Assembly (NCBI GenBank): GCA_050293845.1
Contig: JBNKNM010000103.1
Location: 1 to 18,608, forward strand
Source: Pseudobacteriovorax sp.
GTDB lineage: Bacteria > Bdellovibrionota_B > Oligoflexia > Oligoflexales > Oligoflexaceae
Direction of reading: 5' to 3'
DNA length: 18,608 nucleotides
The position numbers and the translations under genes are program-made. The notes under the pieces are model-generated. The model made no database searches, was not told the origin of the DNA, and saw only the letters and a list, made by a program, of their open reading frames with translations. Of this stretch, positions 7,972 to 15,974 are shown piece after piece; the stretch's first letter is position 1; every line of letters begins with the position of its first letter.

Positions 7972-8015
7972 AAATCAGCTCCTTGCTGCTACCAACTGAA
8001 CTACGTCCTAGTCGG
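7972..8015 (-). pseudogene. Degenerate 5' half of a tRNA, most like tRNA-Thr(UGU)
   Basis: Minus strand reads CCGACTAGGACGTAGTTCAGTTGGTAGCAGCAAGGAGCTGATTT, against a typical tRNA-Thr start GCCGACGTAGCTCAGTTGGTAGAGCAGCTGATTTGTAA. No anticodon 3' strand, T-arm or CCA follows. Confidence 0.5.
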
Positions 8016-8071
8016 ATGAGCTTTCCTATTCTTACTGCTCCCAGGGGAGCAAGGTTTCCTTGGAGTCACAG

Positions 8072-8707
8072 ATGGAATCTCGATACAGTGTAAAAGAAGA
8101 ACGTCTCAACATATTGACACATGCTTTCGGCTTCCTTCTAAGCATTATCGCATTAGTGTTACTTATCGATCGGAGTACACATTATTCGAGTGCCTCATAT
8201 TTCACGAGTATATTGATTTTTGGGATATCCCTAGTACTCCTATATGGAAGTTCAACAATTTACCATTGGGTTAAGAAACCTCATTTGAAAAAGTTATTTA
8301 AATCGCTGGATCATGTTGCCATTTATTTTCTTATTGCAGGTACATACACTCCCTTTACTATAGTTACTTTGGGAGATGATGGAAAATTTATGCTAATCCT
8401 GATATGGAGTTTAGCAATCACTGGTGCCATATTTAAAATATTTTTCGCAGGTAAGTTTCGGTTTTTATCAACTTTCCTCTATATTGTTATGGGCTGGGTT
8501 TCATTGTTTATGATCGGACCGATTATTGAAGCCATACCATGGAATGGCTTTTTGTTACTTTCATGGGGAGGGATTGTTTATACTTTAGGTGCAATTTTTT
8601 ATTTACTTGACCGCTTACCCAACAATCATGCCGTTTGGCACGTATTTGTTATTGGAGGAAGCTTTTTGCACTTCTTGTCTATTTTTTATTATGTTGTACC
8701 ATTATAG
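8072..8707 (+). CDS. trhA: Hemolysin III / PAQR-family membrane protein (TrhA/YqfA)
   Basis: EERLNILTH, SSTIYH, LDHVAIYFLIAGTYTPF and HAVWHVFVIGGSFLH motifs with about 7 TM helices. ATG at 8072 follows GGAG. Confidence 0.93.
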   Translation: MESRYSVKEERLNILTHAFGFLLSIIALVLLIDRSTHYSSASYFTSILIFGISLVLLYGSSTIYHWVKKPHLKKLFKSLDHVAIYFLIAGTYTPFTIVTLGDDGKFMLILIWSLAITGAIFKIFFAGKFRFLSTFLYIVMGWVSLFMIGPIIEAIPWNGFLLLSWGGIVYTLGAIFYLLDRLPNNHAVWHVFVIGGSFLHFLSIFYYVVPL

Positions 8708-8726
8708 TAAAAGCTATAGCTCTTTA

Positions 8727-9263
8727 TCACGTATGCCTCTTGTTAAGCTTTATTCTTGCTATGGAAGACAGTTCGAAGCAAAACAATCCTATAAATATTG
8801 CTCCGACTAGCCAGAAGATAGCCAAATCCACATAAATTTTAACACCAAATAACATGAAAGCACTAAGAAAAAGAGAACTTGTAGACAAGTAGTACAAAAT
8901 CTTTGAGTTTCGGATTATACCGATTTCTGCCTTGCTTAACAGAAAGCTGGCAAAAATTGCTCCACTACCAACAAAAATTCCACCACATAATATTAAGCAT
9001 ACTTGTTGGCCAAAATTCTTATGAAAAAAATGGTACACTTCGTAATTATTAGTCAGGCTAAGATCAAACTGGGGGCAAAATAGAAGTGATATAAAGCCGA
9101 TGAAGCTTTGCACCAATAGTAATTTAAAAAACACGATCCGATGTGAAGGGATTAAATCGCGATATACCGAATTTAAGGCTTTCCGGGACAGATCCTCAGG
9201 AGGGTCAACAGGTTCGGCAGAAAGAAAGTTCTGATACTCTTCATAACGATTCTTATCAATCAT
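8727..9263 (-). CDS. Multi-pass membrane protein, putative anti-sigma factor
   Basis: ATGA-coupled to the ECF sigma gene. About 40-aa soluble N-terminus then about 4 TM helices; CPQF, HFFH and CLILC lie around the first loop. Confidence 0.7.
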   Translation of the reverse strand: MIDKNRYEEYQNFLSAEPVDPPEDLSRKALNSVYRDLIPSHRIVFFKLLLVQSFIGFISLLFCPQFDLSLTNNYEVYHFFHKNFGQQVCLILCGGIFVGSGAIFASFLLSKAEIGIIRNSKILYYLSTSSLFLSAFMLFGVKIYVDLAIFWLVGAIFIGLFCFELSSIARIKLNKRHT

Positions 9264-9799
9264 GATGACCTCCGGTGGAATGACACAAGTTTTTTAATAG
9301 CTCTTGAAATAATCTTACGCGAGCTTGATTCTGCTATATTTAAAATTGCACCAATCTCAGAAAACTCCTTATCTTCTTTATAGCGTAATTTTAGAGCTTT
9401 TATCTCTTTGTCACTCAACTTCACATTGTCAAGATATTGAGTAAATTTTTCACCATGGTCGGGAGTAGGTATTTGAAATCCATCAAGATCTAAATCTCCT
9501 CTGGTCGGGACAGATCTTGATTTTTTCCTTAGGTAATCAGTTAACTCACTTCTACAAATCGTAAATATCCATTTTGAAACCGCATGCTCGCTTTTATAAA
9601 GTTTTCTAGATTTGTGAAACTTAATAAAAATACCTTGGAAAATATCTTCTAGCTGGTCGTATTCTTGTAATCGCTTAACAAGGTAAGAGTACACTCTGCC
9701 TTTATAGCGGCTGTATAATATTTCAAATGCTTGGTTATCTCCATTCTGGTACAAAATCATAAGTTTCTCGTCTGATAAACTAATGAATGGATTTGACAT
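9260..9799 (-). CDS. ECF-type RNA polymerase sigma-70 factor
   Basis: SDEKLM..YQNGDNQAFEILY start, region 2 (EDIFQGIFIK, KWIFTICR..DYLRK) and region 4 HTH (FSEIGAILNI..SSRKIISRA). 179 aa with no C-terminal extension. Confidence 0.95.
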   Translation of the reverse strand: MSNPFISLSDEKLMILYQNGDNQAFEILYSRYKGRVYSYLVKRLQEYDQLEDIFQGIFIKFHKSRKLYKSEHAVSKWIFTICRSELTDYLRKKSRSVPTRGDLDLDGFQIPTPDHGEKFTQYLDNVKLSDKEIKALKLRYKEDKEFSEIGAILNIAESSSRKIISRAIKKLVSFHRRSS

Positions 9800-9814
9800 C
9801 CTCTACCCTTTAAA

Positions 9815-9841
9815 TACGACTAATAATTATATTTTGTGACA
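9815..9841 (-). promoter_or_regulatory. ECF-type promoter for the sigma/anti-sigma operon
   Basis: Minus-strand TGTCACA(9841-9835)-N16-CGTA(9818-9815), ending 15 nt upstream of the sigma ATG. Confidence 0.7.
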
Positions 9842-9899
9842 TTGGTCGCAAAAAAACCAATACTCTAATATTATTAGGAATATAGTTTTATCTCCGCAA

Positions 9900-9926
9900 T
9901 GTCACAAAATTCGGAGATCCCTCGTA
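9900..9926 (+). promoter_or_regulatory. ECF-type promoter for the cusCBA-like operon
   Basis: TGTCACA(9900-9906)-N16-CGTA(9923-9926); same boxes and spacing as the divergent copy. Confidence 0.7.
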
Positions 9927-9965
9927 GTAAGGGGGGAGAATATAACTGAAACTAGGAGCCGTAAA

Positions 9966-10136
9966 GTGCTTTCCAAAATTTTGCCAGTAACGTTACCAGC
10001 ACATACCACGTCAATAAAACTTTATGAAAATCAAGCCCAACTAACCAAAAATACGGCTTCTATAGCCCTGTCAGGGATAAAATTTGAAAAGAGTAATGAA
10101 GAGTTTCAATTTCTAAAAAGTCAAATAAGAGGTTGA
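9966..10136 (+). CDS. Possible 56-aa leader ORF of the efflux operon
   Basis: AGGAG at 9954-9958, GTG at 9966, open to TGA at 10134-10136, one base before the TolC ATG. Confidence 0.35.
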   Translation: MLSKILPVTLPAHTTSIKLYENQAQLTKNTASIALSGIKFEKSNEEFQFLKSQIRG

Positions 10137-10137
10137 A

Positions 10138-11340
10138 ATGCAACTCGTCTTGTTAGTTTCTTTATTTCTATGTTCCCAGTGCTTGTACGGTTTGAGCTTC
10201 TCAGAAGCGATCGATAAATTAAAGTCGCACAACAGTGTACGAATCCTTTTGAGTCACGGTCAGTCCATACATGACCAGGCGAGGATGAAAGGGTCCTGGG
10301 GGGATCCTGTATTGAAAATAGCAGCTAAGAACTATCCCATAGATACCTTAGACCCGAGCCAAACGCCGATGACCGGTGTGGAATTCATGGTTTCACAAAA
10401 TATCCCACTAACAAGCAAATATAGTGAACAAGAGAATCAGTTCATTCAGCTCTACCAGGCTAGGAAGTGGCAAGCACTGCAACAAATCGACATCCTAGCT
10501 ACAACACTTTGGGGTCAATTGATCACCCAGAGGAAACTCTCTGAAGAAATCATTATCCTTCAGGAGAATATGAAATGGATCTCCAATATTATCAGAGTTT
10601 CTCAAAACCTATACTCTACCGGAAAACAGTCTCAACAGGCCTTACTAGAACTTACAATAAGAAAATCTGAAATTAAAAGTCAACTGGCAACTAAGAACTT
10701 CGAAATACAAGAAATCCAAAAATCAATAGGTTATTTATTGGGTGATTTGAACAATAATATAGATCTAAAAACAGTACCTTGGAGTCTTCTTACAAAAAGA
10801 AGCCCTGCTAATGACAAAAATGAAAAAGTCCTCCAAGCAAATTTGATGGCAAAAGAATATGGGTTATCTGCCAAAAAGCATGGACGAATCCCTGATATTA
10901 CCCTCTCTTTTGGTTATACCAAACGCTCAGATATTGATGATAATGGTGATTTCGTGACAATAACCGCAGCCCTACCCATTCCAAGCTCAGACCTCAAACA
11001 CTACGATTATAAGAGTTCGATCCACGAAAGAAATCAGGCTCAGTTAACTTTAGAAGATTACCTGAAAAAGAGGGAGGCTCTTTTAGCCAAAGCAAAAATA
11101 GCGGATAAAAAAAACCAATCCGAGCTTCGAATTTTAAACTCAGAGACAATCTCTTTTGCAGAAAATTCTCGAGAGGTTACAACAAAGTCTTACCAGCTTG
11201 GTGAGGCTAATTACATCGAACTTTTACAATCGGAATTGAAGCTTCAGAAATTACGAACCAAGAAGGTTACCCTTGTAGCTAAGCTGAATCGTACTCACCT
11301 AGAAATCAAAGCTTTGTTGGGAGAAAAACTTTATGAATAG
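10138..11340 (+). CDS. TolC-family outer-membrane efflux protein (CusC-like)
   Basis: Signal peptide, DP...QTPMT..VSQNIP, YSTGK.SQQALL, PDITLSFGY and YQLGEANYIELL repeats. First gene of a CBA operon. Confidence 0.9.
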   Translation: MQLVLLVSLFLCSQCLYGLSFSEAIDKLKSHNSVRILLSHGQSIHDQARMKGSWGDPVLKIAAKNYPIDTLDPSQTPMTGVEFMVSQNIPLTSKYSEQENQFIQLYQARKWQALQQIDILATTLWGQLITQRKLSEEIIILQENMKWISNIIRVSQNLYSTGKQSQQALLELTIRKSEIKSQLATKNFEIQEIQKSIGYLLGDLNNNIDLKTVPWSLLTKRSPANDKNEKVLQANLMAKEYGLSAKKHGRIPDITLSFGYTKRSDIDDNGDFVTITAALPIPSSDLKHYDYKSSIHERNQAQLTLEDYLKKREALLAKAKIADKKNQSELRILNSETISFAENSREVTTKSYQLGEANYIELLQSELKLQKLRTKKVTLVAKLNRTHLEIKALLGEKLYE

Positions 11341-12745
11341 ACAACAATTATTTCTTTTTGCTTTAAGTATAGTTACAGCATGTACGAACAAAGAGAATGA
11401 CAATAAGTTATCCCAATCAGAGCAGGAAAATCTTACCTCAAAAAGTACGGAGCATCTTCATCTAGAAGGCGTTAAACATGATTTTTACTTTACATGTGCT
11501 ATGCATCCGCAGATTAAGCAATCCAAACCAGGAAAATGTCCCATCTGTAACATGACTCTAACAAAGATAGAAGCAGATATAGAGGAAGAACTTCCCATTA
11601 GCAAGGACCAAGTCAAACAACAGTGGCAGTGTAAAGACTACCCTGACGTGACCAGTGCTATTGAAGAGCCTTGCCCTATTGATGGAACTCCTATGATTAA
11701 AAAAGATCTTACTCCTTCTCCAGGCGATGCTATTGCTAAAATAAAACTGAGTAAGTCACAATTAACACACTTCGAGCCATATTTTTTTCCTGTGACTACC
11801 ATGAAAATGTCTAAAAAAGTACGTCTGTTAGGCTCCGTATTACAATCCGAAGACAGAGAAAGCACTATTCCGGCAAGAATCGGTGGTCGTGTAGAGAAAA
11901 TTTATATTAAATCTACAGGGAGTTTTATACAAAAAGGAGACCCTGTGTTGCAGCTTTATAGCCCCAAGCTGATTACGGCCGGTGAAGAATATATAATTTC
12001 GAGAAAAACATATGGGGAAAACAATAACTCCGAGTTTAAGCAACTTGTCGAGAAATCACAGGAACGCCTTGAACTTTGGGGCATACGCAGAAGTCAGTAC
12101 GAATCCTGGTATCGCAAAGGAAAGGTCCCTGATCGTATTATTATCTATTCACCTTCTACGGGTATCGTCCGTAAACACAATGCAAAAGTAGGAAAATATT
12201 TTAAAGAGGGACAGAATTTCTTTGAATTATCTGACCTATCGGAAGTTTGGGTGGAGATGGATGTTTATGAACATGATTCAGCTATCGTCAAGATCGGTCA
12301 GGAAGTTGATCTCGAGTTTTCATCGTCCCCTGGGGAAATAATGCACGGTGTCATCGATTTTATTAATCCAGTACTCGATCCCCATTCCCGAACGTTAAAA
12401 GTACGAACCACTATCCCCAATCGAGACGGTTCCTTAAAACCCGGCATGATAGCAGAAGCCAGCCTTAATGTTGTGTTCGCCGGCGAACCCATAGTAGTGC
12501 CAAGAACTGCCATCATTGATACCGGCAAGCGGAAAGTCGTTTGGGTTAAAATATCAAAAAGAAAATTCGAGGCTAAAATTGTCCATACAGGTTTCGAATC
12601 TGAGGGTTATGTTGAAGTTAAACATGGTCTAAAAGAAGGTGAGGACGTGGTGATGGATGGCAACTTTCTCCTTGATGCTCAGGCTCAATTGTTTGGTGGA
12701 TTTAGCGATATGACATCAGATAGTACCAGCAGTCATCAACACTAG
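11333..12745 (+). CDS. cusB: Heavy-metal efflux RND periplasmic adaptor (CusB-like) with N-terminal metal-binding domains
   Basis: Lipobox VTA-C, FTCAMHP...CPICNM domain, second Cys domain, and MFP motifs (SPSTGIV, DLSEVWVE, LKPGM, VPRTAIIDTG). Confidence 0.92.
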   Translation: MNRQQLFLFALSIVTACTNKENDNKLSQSEQENLTSKSTEHLHLEGVKHDFYFTCAMHPQIKQSKPGKCPICNMTLTKIEADIEEELPISKDQVKQQWQCKDYPDVTSAIEEPCPIDGTPMIKKDLTPSPGDAIAKIKLSKSQLTHFEPYFFPVTTMKMSKKVRLLGSVLQSEDRESTIPARIGGRVEKIYIKSTGSFIQKGDPVLQLYSPKLITAGEEYIISRKTYGENNNSEFKQLVEKSQERLELWGIRRSQYESWYRKGKVPDRIIIYSPSTGIVRKHNAKVGKYFKEGQNFFELSDLSEVWVEMDVYEHDSAIVKIGQEVDLEFSSSPGEIMHGVIDFINPVLDPHSRTLKVRTTIPNRDGSLKPGMIAEASLNVVFAGEPIVVPRTAIIDTGKRKVVWVKISKRKFEAKIVHTGFESEGYVEVKHGLKEGEDVVMDGNFLLDAQAQLFGGFSDMTSDSTSSHQH

Positions 12746-12756
12746 GGAGAAGAATT

Positions 12757-15700
12757 ATGATTCAAAAATTGATTGAGCTTGCCATAAGAAACCGTCTCCT
12801 AGTGGTTATCCTTTTTCTTTTCATTGGATTAACGGCCATATTTAGCATTCAAAATGCAAAGGTCGATGCCATACCAGATATTGGCGAAAATCAACAGATT
12901 GTTTTTACGGAATGGCCTGGTCGTTCCCCTAAGGATATCGAAGAACAAATCACATATCCTCTTAGCATAGCTTTACAAGGGATTCCTGGAGTTAAGCAGG
13001 TAAGAGGGATGTCGGCCTTTGGTTTTTCTACCATTTACGTCATTTTTAAAGAAGAAATTGATTTTTATTGGAGTCGATCACGAGTCTTAGAAAAGCTTTC
13101 CACAGCCACTAAGTTTCTTCCTAATACAGTAGTACCTTCCATGGGCCCTGATGCCACAGGTTTAGGACAAATCTATTGGTATACTGTTGAGAACGAAGAT
13201 AGAGCCCTTAATCCTAAGTCTTTGGCAGAGTTGCGTTCTATCCAAGAATTCTACGTGCGTTATCTCCTTCAAGGTGTAGAAGGTGTTAGCGAAGTGGCCA
13301 GTGTAGGCGGGTTTCTTAAAGAGTATCAAATTGATGTTGATCCTAACAAACTATTCGCCTTCGATATTCACTTTAGCACTCTGATCAAAGCTATTAAAAA
13401 CAGCAATATCGATGTTGGCGCTGAAGTGATCGAGGAGGGTGATCGTGAATTTATTGTGCGGGGCAAAGGTTTTTTTCGCTCTTTAGACGATATTAAAAAC
13501 GTGGTTGTGGCTGTTAAAAACGGATCTCCTATCCGGGTTCAGGATGTTGCCAGTGTTGGAATAGGCCCTGGCTTTCGTCGCGGAGCCCTAGACAAAAATG
13601 GTGTTGAAGCCGTCGGTGGTGTGGTCACCATGCGCTTTGGTGAGAATCCGCAAGAAGTCATAGATCGCGTTAAAGAACGCCTTAAAGTTATTGAAAATGG
13701 GCTACCCAAAGGGGTTAAAATCGTATCGTTTTATGATCGGACCGAGCTTATTCAAAATACCATTGGTACGGTTTATACGGCGCTCGGCCAGGAAATCTTT
13801 ATTACGGTAATCGTCATCCTCGCCTTTCTTCTACACTTCAATTCTTCAGTTTTAGTATCCCTTACCCTACCTTTTGGGGTCGGTATTAGCTTTATCCTGA
13901 TGAAGCTTCTTAATATTGATTCCAATGTTATGAGCCTTTCTGGGATGGTAATCGCAATCGGCTCTATGGTGGATATGGGAATTATTATGACAGAAAATAT
14001 CTATTCCCATCTCGCCAGCAAACCAAACGCTTCCTCCAAAGAAAGGCTTGCCATTGTCATCTATGCAGCAAGAGAGGTGGGGCCCGCAATTTTAACGGCA
14101 GTTATGACAACTATAATTACATTCCTGCCAGTTTTTGGACTTGAGGGTAGCGAAGGAAAATTATTCCATCCACTCGCTTGGGCTAAGACCCTAGCCATGT
14201 TTGGTTCTGTAATTGTGGCGATTTTCCTGGTCCCCGCCCTAGCTACATTTATGCTGCGAGGTCCACTCAAACCTATTGAGAAGAATGTTGTAAGTGCCAG
14301 AATCATTAAGACCTATCGACCTGCTTTGGAGTGGGTTTTAGACCACCGTAAGTTATTTCTAATTGCTCCGGTTATTCTGTTGATTATGGGAGGTTTTTCA
14401 TTTTCCCGCCTTGGTAAGGAGTTTATGCCATCGCTGAATGAGGGGGATATTCTCTATATGCCAGTCACAACCCCTGATGTCAGCATGACTAAAGCTAGAG
14501 AACTTTTGTCTTACACCGATAGAATTTTAAATGACCACCCCCTGGTAGATTATGCTGTGGGAAAATTGGGTCGCGCCCAATCCGCCATTGATCCCGCTCC
14601 TATTGCTATGTTTGAAACAGTCGTCAAACTAGTTCCCAAGGACCAGTGGCCTGCTGGTAAAAGCATTTATGATATTATGCAGGACCTAAATCAGGCTTTG
14701 CAAGTACCTGGACTCGTTAATTCCTGGGACTTTCCGATTCAAACCCGCATCGGCATGATTTCTACAGGTATTAAAACTCAGGTTGGTATTAAAATATTTG
14801 GGTCAAACATCAATCAACTGGAAGCCATCGCAGCTGAGGTTGGTAAAGAAGTGGAAGGTATTGAAGGTGCTTACGGGGTGTATGCGGAACAAATTACCGG
14901 TAAACCCTATATAGAATTCGATATCGATCGCATTGCGGCTTCACGTTATGGCATCAATACAGGAACGATCAATCAGATTCTACAAACGGCAGTAGGCGGA
15001 ATGCCTATCGGTCAGTTTTATGAAGGTCGCGAACGTTATTCTATCCGTGTGCGCTACAAAAAAGAGCTCCGTGACCGGATCGACGAATTGAAACGAGTTC
15101 TAGTTCCTAGTCCCCTAGGGCAACATATTCCCTTAGAACAGCTTGCGGATATAAAAGTGGTTACGGGTCCCGCAGCCATACAGTCTGAAAATGGTCTTCT
15201 GCGTTCTGTAGTCCTCCTCAATGTGAAGGATCGCGATCTGATAGGTTTTGTGGAAGAAGCTAAAGAACACATTGCTCAGACAGTGAAGCTTCCAAAAGGT
15301 TATTCCATAGTCTGGGCAGGACAGTACGAAAATCAGGTTCGTGCCAATAAACGACTAGGAATGTTGATCCCTATTGCTCTTGTCATCAACCTTTTCATTA
15401 TATACTTTGGCATTAAAAACTTCCGTAACTCTGCAATTATTATGAGTGCTGTCCCCATTGCCATGGCCGGTGGGTTGATACTGCTTTGGATCGGTGGTTT
15501 CAACACTTCAGTGGCTGTTTGGGTGGGGTTTATTGCTCTTTTTGGTATAGCGGTCGATGATGGTGTTGTGATGATGACCTACCTTCAAGACGCTGTTAAG
15601 AAACAAAATCCTAGCAACTGGAACGAACTCAAAGGGACAATCATAGCCGCAGGAACTCGCAGGATAAGGCCTCTGGTGATGACAACGATAACAACCGTAA

Positions 15701-15864
15701 TTGCTTTGTCGCCTATAATGTGGTCTACATCCACAGGTAGTGAAATTATGAAGCCGATGGCTATACCTACCTTAGGGGGAATGCTGGTCGAATTGATAAC
15801 CTTATTTATAGTTCCTGTAACCTTTTCATTTTTTGAGGAAAAATCTATGGAGAAACATGTCTAA
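12757..15864 (+). CDS. cusA: CusA/SilA-type Cu(I)/Ag(I) RND efflux permease
   Basis: DAIPD, WPGRSP, GPDATGLG and SMVD..IMTEN motifs. The three CusA metal-binding Met contexts are retained (ILYMP, PIAMFET, RIGMISTG). Confidence 0.96.
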   Translation: MIQKLIELAIRNRLLVVILFLFIGLTAIFSIQNAKVDAIPDIGENQQIVFTEWPGRSPKDIEEQITYPLSIALQGIPGVKQVRGMSAFGFSTIYVIFKEEIDFYWSRSRVLEKLSTATKFLPNTVVPSMGPDATGLGQIYWYTVENEDRALNPKSLAELRSIQEFYVRYLLQGVEGVSEVASVGGFLKEYQIDVDPNKLFAFDIHFSTLIKAIKNSNIDVGAEVIEEGDREFIVRGKGFFRSLDDIKNVVVAVKNGSPIRVQDVASVGIGPGFRRGALDKNGVEAVGGVVTMRFGENPQEVIDRVKERLKVIENGLPKGVKIVSFYDRTELIQNTIGTVYTALGQEIFITVIVILAFLLHFNSSVLVSLTLPFGVGISFILMKLLNIDSNVMSLSGMVIAIGSMVDMGIIMTENIYSHLASKPNASSKERLAIVIYAAREVGPAILTAVMTTIITFLPVFGLEGSEGKLFHPLAWAKTLAMFGSVIVAIFLVPALATFMLRGPLKPIEKNVVSARIIKTYRPALEWVLDHRKLFLIAPVILLIMGGFSFSRLGKEFMPSLNEGDILYMPVTTPDVSMTKARELLSYTDRILNDHPLVDYAVGKLGRAQSAIDPAPIAMFETVVKLVPKDQWPAGKSIYDIMQDLNQALQVPGLVNSWDFPIQTRIGMISTGIKTQVGIKIFGSNINQLEAIAAEVGKEVEGIEGAYGVYAEQITGKPYIEFDIDRIAASRYGINTGTINQILQTAVGGMPIGQFYEGRERYSIRVRYKKELRDRIDELKRVLVPSPLGQHIPLEQLADIKVVTGPAAIQSENGLLRSVVLLNVKDRDLIGFVEEAKEHIAQTVKLPKGYSIVWAGQYENQVRANKRLGMLIPIALVINLFIIYFGIKNFRNSAIIMSAVPIAMAGGLILLWIGGFNTSVAVWVGFIALFGIAVDDGVVMMTYLQDAVKKQNPSNWNELKGTIIAAGTRRIRPLVMTTITTVIALSPIMWSTSTGSEIMKPMAIPTLGGMLVELITLFIVPVTFSFFEEKSMEKHV

Positions 15865-15933
15865 AAAAATTAAACCCAAAGATTTCCTTTGATTTTTAGT
15901 GGGTTAAATGATGATGTAACGAACTATGAGAAT

Positions 15934-15960
15934 AAAAAGTAAAAGCGCATTATATGCGCC
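15934..15960 (-). terminator. Intrinsic terminator of gdhA
   Basis: GCGCAT-ATA-ATGCGC stem followed by TTTTACTTTTT on the minus strand, about 15 nt after the stop. Confidence 0.7.
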
Positions 15961-15974
15961 CACAGCTGATTGCT

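Noticed and set aside
15857..15892. ATG overlapping the cusA end as a possible cusF
   Set aside because: Closes after 11 codons (MSKKIKPKDFL) with no CusF features.
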